Shown: in pieces, positions 1 to 9,014 of the stretch
Numbering within the stretch: the first letter of the stretch is position 1
Layout of the letters: every line of letters starts with the position of its first letter
The notes under the pieces: model-generated
What the model was told of the DNA's origin: nothing
Databases searched by the model: none
The model's input: the letters and a program-made list of their open reading frames with translations, nothing else
Position numbers and translations under genes: made by a program
Assembly: GCA_965228975.1 (NCBI GenBank)
Contig: OZ245851.1
Span: forward strand, 4,917,953-4,981,952
Length of the DNA: 64,000 bases
Reading direction: 5' to 3'
From: Alphaproteobacteria bacterium
GTDB lineage: Bacteria; Pseudomonadota; Alphaproteobacteria; UBA8366

Positions 1-712
1 AGGCTGTCACGGGGATGTGCGCCTTTGCCCCGCAATCCGGCACCCAGCTGTGAAACGGGACGGCGCCGGCCTTGGCGAACGCGGCGGCGACAAAAGTCAG
101 AAACGCAACATGAGAGGCGATTCCGCCAATCGACACGGCCCCTGCATCCATCCGGGTGGATCCGGACAGGTTCCACACCAGGACGACGCCCAGGACCAGC
201 AGGGCGTCCGTGCCCCCAACGATCATCAGCGATTTCCGGGCAGCTTCGGCGGCGCCGGGACCAGCCACCCCGATCATCAGGTAAAGAGTGAACGCGAGGA
301 AGCCCCAAAAAGCGAGCAGAGCGATTAGGTCGTTGGCGAGTACCGCGCCGCAGCTCGTCCCGAGGGTCCACAGCAGATAGGCGAAGTAAGCGCGGTGCCG
401 TTCCCGGCCCCGCATGTATCCGACCGAGTACACTGCAATCAGAAAACCGAAGACCGCGATCGCGAGGAGAACGAAAGCGCTGAGCCCATCGATGCGAAAC
501 GACAGCCATGTTGCCAGCTCCAGTACTCCGCCGCGCTGTGCGAACAGCGGCCACGCGAGGGCGATGGTGAGCGCCGTGGTGGCGACGGCTGTGAAAGCAC
601 ATGTCCGGTAAGCGTTGCGTGGCAGTAGAAGGCAGACCACGCCGGCCAGCAGCGGAAGCAGGATTGGCAGAAGCTGCGGTTCGAGGATCCATTGCATGCC
701 GGGCTGCTCCAT
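1..712 (-). CDS. NuoL/HycC/EchA-like antiporter-type membrane subunit of group 4 [NiFe]-hydrogenase (N-terminal part, runs off window)
   Basis: Hand translation of the minus strand from the ATG at 712 (shares one base with the large-subunit stop). It gives MEQPGMQWILEPQLLPILLPLLAGVV...FRIDGLSAFVLLAIAVFGFLIAVYSVGYM...AGAVPFHSWVPD, the typical N-terminal TM pattern of NuoL/HycC. Absent from the ORF track because it has no stop inside the window. Confidence 0.75.
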   Translation of the reverse strand, partial: MEQPGMQWILEPQLLPILLPLLAGVVCLLLPRNAYRTCAFTAVATTALTIALAWPLFAQRGGVLELATWLSFRIDGLSAFVLLAIAVFGFLIAVYSVGYMRGRERHRAYFAYLLWTLGTSCGAVLANDLIALLAFWGFLAFTLYLMIGVAGPGAAEAARKSLMIVGGTDALLVLGVVLVWNLSGSTRMDAGAVSIGGIASHVAFLTFVAAAFAKAGAVPFHSWVPDCGAKAHIPVTA

Positions 713-1932
713 CATTCCAGGCACAGCTGCGGTTCCGGCAAACCAGTCTCCGCTTTCAGACGCTCGGTCTTTTCCTTCGACAAACGGACGAGCTCGCCGC
801 CGTCCCAGACCTGCGCTCCGCTGTTTTGATCCACCGCCGTTGCCATGCGCTCGGTGCAGCAGTAGCAGGGGTCCACCGCCGCGAGGATGATGGTAGCGTC
901 AGCAACGGTCGCGCCCGGAACCGTCACGCAGTTGGTTGGCACGTTCATGAAGCTCGGTGCGCGCACCTTGTGCCGGACGGGCCGGTTGCTGCCATCGCTG
1001 CGGATATAGTGGAACACCTCGCCGCGCGGCGCCTCGTAATGACCAATACCTTCGCCGGGTGCGACATGTGGAGGATTCGAATCGATCGGCCCGGTAGCCG
1101 TTCCGAGCCTCTCGAGACATTGCTCGATGATTTTGATCGATTCGAACATCTCCAGGATGCGTACCACCACCTTGTCGAAGACATCCCCGTTCTCCGCCGT
1201 GATCACAGTCCAGTCGACCAGACCATAGGCGGCATGCGGGTGGTCACGGCGGACATCGATGTCGACGCCCGACGCCCGCGCCGTTGGACCAAGGGCGCCG
1301 AACCCGATTGCCTGCTCCCGCGTGAGCACGCCGACCCCACGAGTGCGCGCTTGGACCAGCGGATCATCCATCACGGCGCCGCGAAACATGTCGACCGGCT
1401 TTTTCAGACCATCGACCATCTTCAGAATCGCTGGGACGTCTTCGTCTAGAATATCGCGGTGTACGCCGCCGGGCTTCATCATGCCGTAGTGATTTCGATT
1501 GCCGGTGATGCGCTCGAGAATACTGAGCACGTCTTCGCGGTATCGCCAGGCCCACATCCAGATCGTGTTGAAGCCGAGGAAATGACCAGCCAGACCGAGC
1601 CACAACAGGTGCGAATGGATTCGTTCCAGTTCCCCGACGGTCGATCTGATGTACAGCGCGCGTTCCGGAACGTCGATCTCGCCGGCTTCCTCGATCGCCT
1701 GCACGCAGGCAATCGGATGCGATGTCGAACAGATCCCGCAGATGCGCTCGACCAGGAAGATGGTTTCCTCGAAGTCCTTGGACTCGGAGAGCTTCTCGAT
1801 GCCTCTGTGGTTATAGCCGATCTCGATATCAAGATGGACGACCTCCTCACCCTCCACGTGGAGCTTGAAAAACTCGGGCTCTTCCTGGAGCGCGTGGTAG
1901 GGGCCGATAGGGACGATGGTACGTTTCGCCAT
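712..1932 (-). CDS. [NiFe]-hydrogenase large subunit, group 4 (HycE/EchE/NuoD-like)
   Basis: N-terminal Ni-binding motif RICGICSTSH and C-terminal DPCYCCTER are both present. NuoD-like length (406 aa). About 40 aa extend past the C-terminal motif. Confidence 0.9.
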   Translation of the reverse strand: MAKRTIVPIGPYHALQEEPEFFKLHVEGEEVVHLDIEIGYNHRGIEKLSESKDFEETIFLVERICGICSTSHPIACVQAIEEAGEIDVPERALYIRSTVGELERIHSHLLWLGLAGHFLGFNTIWMWAWRYREDVLSILERITGNRNHYGMMKPGGVHRDILDEDVPAILKMVDGLKKPVDMFRGAVMDDPLVQARTRGVGVLTREQAIGFGALGPTARASGVDIDVRRDHPHAAYGLVDWTVITAENGDVFDKVVVRILEMFESIKIIEQCLERLGTATGPIDSNPPHVAPGEGIGHYEAPRGEVFHYIRSDGSNRPVRHKVRAPSFMNVPTNCVTVPGATVADATIILAAVDPCYCCTERMATAVDQNSGAQVWDGGELVRLSKEKTERLKAETGLPEPQLCLE

Positions 1933-1935
1933 GGC

Positions 1936-2376
1936 TCACGCCTGGTAATCCCGGCGCAGCGGGAATTTCCCTTCCGGCCAATCGTCGCTGAGCAGCAGGT
2001 GCCGGAGATCCGGGTGGTTGCGGAATTGAATACCGAGAAGCTCCCACATCTCCCGCTCGATCCATTCAGCCGCGGGGCAGAAGGGGGCAAGGGAGTCAAT
2101 CTGCGGCTCGTCACGGTCGAGCAGGGTTCGTACAGTGATCACACAGCCGAGGGAATCGAGCGCCCAGTGATACATCACCTCGATGGCGTCCGGCGTGTCG
2201 ACACCAGTCGCGATCTGAAATCTGGCTTTCAAATCACCCATCATTAGATGGCTCACCGTCGGAACATCATCCGAAGAAACCTCGATGTACAAACGTTTGG
2301 CCGATTTTTCCTCGATCGCGACCAACCGTTCGCCCAATGCGGCCTTGATTCTGTTGAGGGCTTCTTCGTGGGTCAC
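1936..2376 (-). CDS. NuoC / HycE-N-terminal-like 30 kDa subunit
   Basis: 146 aa ending in ...FRNHPDLRHLLLSDDWPEGKFPLRRDY, which resembles a NuoC C-terminus. Sits between the small and large subunit genes. Confidence 0.75.
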   Translation of the reverse strand: MTHEEALNRIKAALGERLVAIEEKSAKRLYIEVSSDDVPTVSHLMMGDLKARFQIATGVDTPDAIEVMYHWALDSLGCVITVRTLLDRDEPQIDSLAPFCPAAEWIEREMWELLGIQFRNHPDLRHLLLSDDWPEGKFPLRRDYQA

Positions 2377-2397
2377 GGTCCTCTTCCTCTGGGCTAT

Positions 2398-2895
2398 TTA
2401 CTGTGCTTCGGCCGGGTCCGGTGCCGGCGGCATCGCGGACTCTCTCTCGCCGGGTTGCGACTTTGGCACGAGCGTCCCGTTGCGCAGCCCTTCGATGACC
2501 CTGACGACAGCCGCGATGATCGCCTCCGGCTTGGGCGGACAGCCCGGGACATAGGCATCGATGGGGATGTACCCACCGGGCGGGCCATCCCAGTTGTATG
2601 AGTCGCGGAAAATGATCCCGGTGGCCGGGCAACCGCCGATCGCAATGACGACAACCGGTTTTGGTGCCTGGTCGTAGAGCCGCTTGGCGCGCACCGCCGC
2701 CTTCTTGTTGAAGATGCCGGACAAGAGAATCAGATCGGCATGTCGGATGCTGCCGACCAGCGTTATGCCAAGCCGTTCGAGATCGTATTTGGGCGTCAAC
2801 GCATCAAGGATTTCGATGTCGCAATTGTTGCACGCACTGCCGGCGAGATGAAACACGTTGAGGGACCGCGTCAGCATTTGCATAGCGAAGCTCAT
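2398..2895 (-). CDS. [NiFe]-hydrogenase small subunit, group 4 (NuoB/HycG/EchC-like)
   Basis: Proximal-cluster cysteines in GSACNNCDIEILD, GGCPATG and PGCPPKPE. 165 aa, typical for group 4. Confidence 0.9.
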   Translation of the reverse strand: MSFAMQMLTRSLNVFHLAGSACNNCDIEILDALTPKYDLERLGITLVGSIRHADLILLSGIFNKKAAVRAKRLYDQAPKPVVVIAIGGCPATGIIFRDSYNWDGPPGGYIPIDAYVPGCPPKPEAIIAAVVRVIEGLRNGTLVPKSQPGERESAMPPAPDPAEAQ

Positions 2896-2899
2896 GATC

Positions 2900-3847
2900 T
2901 CACCATCCCAACCATGCCAGGCCGGCCGCCAACAACGCGACCATGGTCAAAGGTCCCCAGAAAAAACGCACGGCCTGGTCCGTCCGAACCCGCGGCGTCG
3001 TATTGCGCAGAACGATGGTAACGGCAATCAATAGAAGCCATAGGCCAAAGCCGGCCAGGCTCGCCGCCCATCCGCCATTGACGATCCAACCGCCGGCAAA
3101 CACGGTGACAAGAAAAACAGGAACGGTGAACAGCATCATGGCTCGCGTCAGCTTGAACATCGCGAGCGGCGGCCCGGAATACTCTATATAGGCGCCGCCG
3201 CTGAGCTCCGCTTCCGCCTCCGGCAGATCGAATGGCACCAGTGTCAACTTTGCTTGCATACAGATGGCCGCCACCGCCATCGCGATGATTCCCGATGGCA
3301 GCGCAGCCGCCGAGAAAGAAAGGATGTCGCCAAGCCGTACACTGTTTACGTGGATCACCGGGACGAGTACGGCGAGCACGAACGGCAGCTCATAAGCCAT
3401 CATCAGCTTCATTTCGCGGCTGCCGCCGAGCGACGCCAACGGGTTGCGTGAGGCGAAAGCGCCCAAGATCACCGCCAATGGCGGCAGGGTGAGCAGATAC
3501 AACAGCACGATCAGATCACCGACGAAGGTTGTCTGTGGGGCGAAAAGGCCGCGCCATATAATGAACGACGCCAGGGTGACCCCGGCCAGACCGATTAGCG
3601 GTGCCAGCAGGAACAGTCCAATCGACCCGCCTGCAGGGACGCAGGTCTCTTTAATCAGCAGTTTGCCGATGTCGTAGAAGGGCTGAAAAACGGGAGGGCC
3701 CGCCCGCATCTGCACGCGGGCGGTCACCTTTCGGTCGAGCCAACTCGTGGCCAACCCGGCGACGGCTGTGAATAAAAGGCCGGGGAAGATGAGAAACTCC
3801 ACCAGGATGACGGCCGCGTTCACGAACCATCCTCCCGCTTCACCCAC
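2900..3847 (-). CDS. NuoH/HycD/EchB-like membrane subunit
   Basis: 315 aa polytopic protein with NuoH-like segments (RKVTARVQMRAGPP, AEAELSGGAYIEYSG). Operon context. Confidence 0.8.
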   Translation of the reverse strand: MGEAGGWFVNAAVILVEFLIFPGLLFTAVAGLATSWLDRKVTARVQMRAGPPVFQPFYDIGKLLIKETCVPAGGSIGLFLLAPLIGLAGVTLASFIIWRGLFAPQTTFVGDLIVLLYLLTLPPLAVILGAFASRNPLASLGGSREMKLMMAYELPFVLAVLVPVIHVNSVRLGDILSFSAAALPSGIIAMAVAAICMQAKLTLVPFDLPEAEAELSGGAYIEYSGPPLAMFKLTRAMMLFTVPVFLVTVFAGGWIVNGGWAASLAGFGLWLLLIAVTIVLRNTTPRVRTDQAVRFFWGPLTMVALLAAGLAWLGW

Positions 3848-4308
3848 TTGGCCGAACGTGCGGCCAGCCGATCGTCGATAATGTGTGTCTGTGCCTCTTC
3901 CGCATCCACTTCGCGGTACGCCAGAGCGCCCCGGCTACAGGTCTGCACACAGAGCGGCTCGCTGTCGCCGTCACCCAAACACTGATCGCAGGGGCAGACG
4001 TAGAAGGGAACCATATCGGGATAGATGGTGCCGAACGGACAGGCATGCACGCACAGCTTGCAACTGACGCAGCGCAGATTGTGCAGCGTGAGCACGCCGT
4101 CTTCCTGGCGCTCGAGGGCGTCGAACGGGCATGAATCGACGCAGCTTGGAACCTCGCAGCGGCGGCACACCAGATGAAAGGTCGCACGCTGACGCAAGCC
4201 GAGGACCCCATGATCCTCGGTCCCGGGCCGATAGAAGTAATTGCATCGCACGCCGCATTGGTCGCACTCATCGCACTTGTCGAGATCGATGATCAGGCGC
4301 CTGCTCAC
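3820..4308 (-). CDS. HycB-like polyferredoxin (about four [4Fe-4S] motifs)
   Basis: Cys motifs CDECDQCGVRC, CRRCEVPSCVDSCP, CVSCKLCVHACP and CDQC...CVQTC. Confidence 0.8.
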   Translation of the reverse strand: MSRRLIIDLDKCDECDQCGVRCNYFYRPGTEDHGVLGLRQRATFHLVCRRCEVPSCVDSCPFDALERQEDGVLTLHNLRCVSCKLCVHACPFGTIYPDMVPFYVCPCDQCLGDGDSEPLCVQTCSRGALAYREVDAEEAQTHIIDDRLAARSAKWVKREDGS

Positions 4309-4311
4309 GGA

Positions 4312-5142
4312 TCAATCCTCCCACAGCCGTGGATTTGACTGGATCTGGTCGTAAGAGAAAACAGGGCCGTCTTTGCAGACGTGGTAGCGACCGAGGCGAC
4401 AATGACCGCAATGGCCCAAGCCACAGCTCATGTTGCGTTCGAGGGACAGGAAAATGTTCTCGGGACGGTATCCGCGTTCAAGCAGCTTGAGCACGGTGAA
4501 CCGCATCATCAGGGGTGGTCCGCAAATCACAGCCACCCCGTCATCGGGCTGACAGTCAAGATATTGCTCGGTGAGGATCGTTGGCAGCACCCCTACATGA
4601 CCGTCCCATTCGGGGTCGCCAACATCCACGGTCAATAGGACATCCAGCTTGTCCTGGCCTTCCCAACCGCGCATCGCTGCGTCGCGAAAGACGATGTCGC
4701 GCGACGAGCGGGCGCCATAACGGAAAAAGACGCGCCGGTAGGCATCTATGTCCTCGATCAGGGTGAGCAGAAAAGCGCGCAACGGCCCTACGCCGCAGCC
4801 GCCGCCGGCGATCAGGATCTCGCGGCCACGGAAACTCTCGATGGGATAGCCGCGACCCAACGGTCCGCGGATCCCGACTTCGGCGCCCGGCTGCATCGCA
4901 TGCAACCGCTCCGTCACCCGACCCACGCGCATGATGGTGATATCCATGCGCTCGGTAGTGCGCGGAGACGACGACGGCGTGAAAGGCGCTTCGCCGATGC
5001 CCGGCACGAATAACTCGACGAACTGCCCCGCCTCGAAGGCCACCGGCTCATCAGGGCGGATGGTAAATGTCTTGATCGACGGGGTCTCGTCCTCGATCCC
5101 CTCAATCGTTGCTGGAATCGGCATGTACTGCGCCAGATTCAT
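4312..5142 (-). CDS. FAD/NAD(P)-binding oxidoreductase with C-terminal [2Fe-2S] (HydG/AsrB/PyrK-like)
   Basis: Ferredoxin-reductase-type fold signatures (RPFSISS-like FTPSSSP, GGGCGVGP) and C-terminal CGLGHCGHCRLGRYHVCKDGP. Start may be the internal M at 5124. Confidence 0.8.
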   Translation of the reverse strand: MNLAQYMPIPATIEGIEDETPSIKTFTIRPDEPVAFEAGQFVELFVPGIGEAPFTPSSSPRTTERMDITIMRVGRVTERLHAMQPGAEVGIRGPLGRGYPIESFRGREILIAGGGCGVGPLRAFLLTLIEDIDAYRRVFFRYGARSSRDIVFRDAAMRGWEGQDKLDVLLTVDVGDPEWDGHVGVLPTILTEQYLDCQPDDGVAVICGPPLMMRFTVLKLLERGYRPENIFLSLERNMSCGLGHCGHCRLGRYHVCKDGPVFSYDQIQSNPRLWED

Positions 5143-6178
5143 CGACCGCCCTCTTCAGTATTTCACGGATGTCGATCTCCCCGATGCAGGCTTCCGTGCA
5201 GCGCCCGCAACCGTCGCAAGCGTAGCGCCCGAGTTCCTGTGGGAAGAAAATAAACTTCTTGTCGAACCGGTTGCGCAGCCGCTGGGAGCGTTTGGGCCGG
5301 GGGTTTCCCCCGGCCGTGCAGGCGAAACCGGGAAATAGGCACGAGTCCCACTGTTTGCATCTGGCGGGATTGTCACGCGCGTCGATACCATCGGCGAGCA
5401 TAAAGCAGTGGCAGGTGCAGCAGATGAAATTGCACGCCCCGCACTCGACACAATCGGCTGCAAAATCCTCCCATAGTTCAGAGTCGAAGGTGTCTTCCAG
5501 AGCGCTTCGGAAATCCATGCCGGGACGCAGTCCGGCGGTCGCCGCATTGTCCAGAAGCTTCTGGTGCATCGACTTGCGATGGACCTCCCGCGCTTCGATC
5601 AACCCGTCATCCGCCGGCCTCAGAAAGCGCTGTGCCGCCAGCAATATATCGGCACCCCGCTCGGTGCCCGTTTCCAGTAGATAGCCCTCTGGGGTCGTTG
5701 AAATGTTTATGTCAAAAAGGCGAGTTGGATAGGGCTGTTCCCCGATAGCGGGACAGAAGCAGACGTTTCGATACCCGGTACAATCGGCGGTCACCAGAAT
5801 GGTGTTATCCCGGGCCTCTGCATAGAGGGGGTCCTCTATGTCCCCTTCCAAAAAGACGTGGTCATGGATATCAAGCGCGGATAGATCGCAGTTCTTCACA
5901 CCAATGACGATACGTTGGGACATTGGTTCACGCTCCGATGTGCGATTCCAGGCGCCCAGATACTCGCGAGGGCGGAACAAGAGCGATTTAAGCGGTTCGA
6001 TCTGACGGTAGGCACCAAGGGTGTGTTCGTCGGGATCCCAGCGGTCGGCACGCACTAATCGATAATTGTCTTCTTCTTGAATCAGGGCAAAGACAACACG
6101 GTTCTCGGAAATGGCTGTTAGCACATCATCCAGACACTTCCCCTCGGCGATTGCCCACTGCTTGGTCATCGGATTCAC
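5102..6178 (-). CDS. 4Fe-4S dicluster protein, HydB/AsrA-like
   Basis: 358 aa with CVECGACNFICCTCHCF and CDGCGRCTEAC. First gene of the operon. GTG start at 6178, or ATG three codons downstream. Confidence 0.75.
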   Translation of the reverse strand: MNPMTKQWAIAEGKCLDDVLTAISENRVVFALIQEEDNYRLVRADRWDPDEHTLGAYRQIEPLKSLLFRPREYLGAWNRTSEREPMSQRIVIGVKNCDLSALDIHDHVFLEGDIEDPLYAEARDNTILVTADCTGYRNVCFCPAIGEQPYPTRLFDINISTTPEGYLLETGTERGADILLAAQRFLRPADDGLIEAREVHRKSMHQKLLDNAATAGLRPGMDFRSALEDTFDSELWEDFAADCVECGACNFICCTCHCFMLADGIDARDNPARCKQWDSCLFPGFACTAGGNPRPKRSQRLRNRFDKKFIFFPQELGRYACDGCGRCTEACIGEIDIREILKRAVDESGAVHADSSND

Positions 6179-6229
6179 GTGTCCTGGCTATATATTTTTT
6201 CATTGTTTCACCAGATTGACGGTGCGTGG

Positions 6230-6243
6230 TTGATCTCAATCAA
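6230..6243. promoter_or_regulatory. FNR/FixK-type box TTGAT-N4-ATCAA
   Basis: Perfect TTGATCTCAATCAA. Its centre is about 58 bp upstream of the first hydrogenase-operon codon. An AACAAT -10-like hexamer lies at class-II spacing on the minus strand. Confidence 0.6.
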
Positions 6244-6326
6244 TCGCTGCGTGAGCACATGCCCGCTAGATTTCATGTCTAGGAGCCACGCTGTTTCTTG
6301 CGTGCTGTGTAAGCAGGTCTGTTCGA

Positions 6327-6809
6327 GTGAGGTGTATCATGGAGACAAGGAGGCTCGAGCCCTTCCTGGCAGAACATCCGCTGTTCCGTGATCTCGAGCC
6401 GGCTTATGTGAAGCTGTTGAGCGAGTGTGCGGTCAATATTCGCCTCGAAGCCGGCAAGACGATCTTTCGGCACGGCGAACCGGCGGATCGCCTTTATCTG
6501 ATCCGTGACGGCAGCGTATCAGTTCAGATAGCGTCACCGTCCGATGGGGCGCTGACGGTACAAACGCTGGAAGCCGGCGAAGTACTGGGTTGGTCGTGGC
6601 TGTTCCCGCCATACACTTGGTATTTCGATGCCAGCGCATTGACCACGACGAGGGCGCTTGCGTTCGATGGTCCTTGCTTGCGCGCCAAGTGCGACGCGGA
6701 CCCCGCCCTGGGTTATGAGTTGGTGAAGCGTTTTTCCGCTATCCTCCATGCCCGTCTGCAAGCCGCGCGCCTGCAGGTCTTGGATGTTTACGGCCCGAGT
6801 GGTGTCTGA
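6327..6809 (+). CDS. stand-alone cyclic-nucleotide-binding domain protein (no HTH)
   Basis: cNMP-binding beta-barrel pattern LFRDLEP...IFRHGEPADRLYLIRDGSVSVQI...GEVLGWSWLF. At 160 aa it is too short to hold a Crp/Fnr DNA-binding domain. Confidence 0.75.
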   Translation: MRCIMETRRLEPFLAEHPLFRDLEPAYVKLLSECAVNIRLEAGKTIFRHGEPADRLYLIRDGSVSVQIASPSDGALTVQTLEAGEVLGWSWLFPPYTWYFDASALTTTRALAFDGPCLRAKCDADPALGYELVKRFSAILHARLQAARLQVLDVYGPSGV

Positions 6810-7353
6810 AGTAGTCTCGTGCTTTGATCGAGGTTCCTCAAGTTATCCTCTGAATTCTGTTTTTGGCATGGCACGTGTGATCAAGGCGGTCGGTGTGGAA
6901 ATGATGCGAGGTTTCAACTCTATCGGTTTCTACTCGGGCTAATGACCAAGAGGCACAGCAAAAGCATGGCCCGTCAATCGTTTACGAAATGGAACGCGAA
7001 GACGCTGATCTTCAATTCATGCGAGATCGGCTCGGCGCCATCTCACGGAAAGGCAGGGCACTTGGCCGACCGGATCACCTTTCCGGGACGCGCCACCCAT
7101 CACTAATCCTTTGAGGCGGCAACGTCAGCGTAGAGCGGCTTGAGCCGGGAGGCGAGCGCCATCGTTTCCGGCGATGCAAGATCCCTCTGTTATTTCATCA
7201 ATCCGCTTTGCTTTGGCTGACATCGTCAAGCAGAACCGCTCCGCTGCCCGTGCCGAGGGCGCCAATTGGCAGCCTGGGCGTCGCGACGTCGGATGCTTTG
7301 CTAACCGGTCCGGCTGACTATGCCGTCATCCGTCTTCGGCCCATCGGTGAGGG

Positions 7354-7968
7354 TCAGGGAAAGTTGCGTTCCGGATGTCGAAAGAAGCGTTTCAGCAGCA
7401 CATGGGCAGGTAGAAAAACGAGTACGGGAATTAATGCCATCTCAATGCCTAGGTAAAGCAACGGCGGTATCGTGGTTTGCGGTACGGTTCCCGGCCCGAA
7501 CACGAAATTAACGTTCATTGTTGGGTCGGAGAAGAGGTAGCTCAGTGGTAAGAGAATCCAGGCAAGCAGAATTTGAGCATGCAGAGCCCGCCTGTCGTAT
7601 CCGAGACGGAAAAGCAAGAAGACGATCAATGGCGGTAACACGAAGTGGTAGAGAGACAGGCCTCGGATGAAAAGTGGGATGCTCTCGTTGAACATGTAGG
7701 CCGTTCCACCGAGCAACTGCGCCCCGGAGAGAAAATCGACAATCCAAAGCAGATCAAACGGAAAAGCGCCAATCGCCGCCATGCTATTGAGGAGCGGTTT
7801 TTCCAACCAGGCAGAAAGGCAGACCGCGAACAACGCGACATTGGATGCCCAAAGGAAATTGGCCGGGCCGTAATGCCGCCAGTAGACCGGCACCAGCACG
7901 CACAAGAACAGCACCGTAGTTAGCTTGATCCATAGTGGGATTCGGCCGCGCCGACGCACCATCCGCAT
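7354..7968 (-). CDS. hypothetical polytopic membrane protein
   Basis: 204 aa with about 6 hydrophobic helices and protein-like composition. No recognised family. Confidence 0.55.
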   Translation of the reverse strand: MRMVRRRGRIPLWIKLTTVLFLCVLVPVYWRHYGPANFLWASNVALFAVCLSAWLEKPLLNSMAAIGAFPFDLLWIVDFLSGAQLLGGTAYMFNESIPLFIRGLSLYHFVLPPLIVFLLFRLGYDRRALHAQILLAWILLPLSYLFSDPTMNVNFVFGPGTVPQTTIPPLLYLGIEMALIPVLVFLPAHVLLKRFFRHPERNFP

Positions 7969-8038
7969 TCGCTCTAACCGTTTGGCAAGGGATCATCGTT
8001 AGATGTTCCCGCGACAATGTCGATAACAGGGCTGGCTG

Positions 8039-8293
8039 CTAGTCTTCGTCTTCGCCGTAGGCGTCTGACATCACGATCTCGTAGACGACCGCAGCAGCAC
8101 CGGCGAGCGGGCGCTCCATCTCGCCCATGACGTCGCTTTCGCCCGCAAGAAAGGCGGCGGCTTCTTCAAGATCTTCAATCGTCGCATTTGTTTCGATAAT
8201 GTCTACGGCTTTCGCTTGCGGCATGTCGCCGAAAATCTGAGTGATTGTCTCGTATGTGACGCCGCCGCCTGAAGCGGGTGCATTTGCCTGCAT
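8039..8293 (-). CDS. hypothetical small acidic protein
   Basis: 84 aa ORF, acidic C-terminus (YGEDED), a GGAGG-like RBS (aggaggatgctATG) upstream on the minus strand. Confidence 0.4.
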   Translation of the reverse strand: MQANAPASGGGVTYETITQIFGDMPQAKAVDIIETNATIEDLEEAAAFLAGESDVMGEMERPLAGAAAVVYEIVMSDAYGEDED

Positions 8294-8687
8294 AGCATCC
8301 TCCTACCCCGATTGGGGCTCGAATTAACTTTGCAGAGTCCAGCGTCCTTGCCCCCAGCGCGATGATCCCGATCAATTGAGTTGAAGTGCGGGCTTACAAA
8401 CTTCGATGAGGCCGAACGACGGCTTCGGCCGAGACCGTTTTCAAGACTTTGTTCGGGCACACGATCCGGTCGCGCTGTGGGTCCGTGGACAGCGAATTGA
8501 GAATCCGCGTAGGCCAACTACAGGGCCAAGCCCCGGCGGCTCGTCCGTATGGGGTGGGAGTTGTTCTGGATCATAGACGTTTCAGCAGCGGGCTCTGACA
8601 CTTTGCGGGGAAAATGGATTTTCTTCAGTAACCCGCTAGCCTCGGACATTGTTTCTTGCCTGTGTGGCCGAAAGAGGAAGGCTCTCA

Positions 8688-8855
8688 ATGAGTATGTTAG
8701 ATCCGGTTCTGCTTACGATGTTTGTTTTGATCGTCGCGGTCATAGCTTGGCAAAACGTACAGATACGTTCTCTGAGCCAACGGTTGGAATCGCTGGAAAA
8801 ACAGTACTTGGCGCTGATAGAGGATTTGGAAGAGCGCCTGTACGACAAACCGTGA
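8688..8855 (+). CDS. hypothetical small single-TM / coiled-coil protein
   Basis: MSMLDPVLLTMFVLIVAVIAWQ... followed by an amphipathic helix. AGAGGAAGG RBS about 8 nt upstream of the ATG at 8688. Confidence 0.3.
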   Translation: MSMLDPVLLTMFVLIVAVIAWQNVQIRSLSQRLESLEKQYLALIEDLEERLYDKP

Positions 8856-9014
8856 TGCGCAGATGCGAATCGATGTCTAGAGGTGGTATGCGGGATACTG
8901 CGTTCGGGTGCCCTACCGGTTCGGACCTCTGACGCAGATCAAGGCTGTGGCTCCGCGATTCGGGGATTCTTGTAAACGTGGTGAATTCGCCAGCAGTCGC
9001 GGCTGGAGTCACCG

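Noticed and set aside
601-2247. Plus-strand ORFs 601-1449 (282 aa) and 1459-2247 (262 aa).
   Set aside because: They lie antisense to the hydrogenase large-subunit and NuoC-like genes, whose Ni-binding and Fe-S motifs are unambiguous.
8410-8430. Hairpins that could be terminators: GGCCGAA-CGACGGC-TTCGGCC here, GACGGC-TGAGTTT-GCCGTC at 17018-17036, and AGAGGC-CGA-GCCTCT at 39168-39182.
   Set aside because: None is followed by a T-run on the relevant strand, so they are not supported as intrinsic terminators. The hairpin at 17018-17036 overlaps the direct repeat discussed in the findings.
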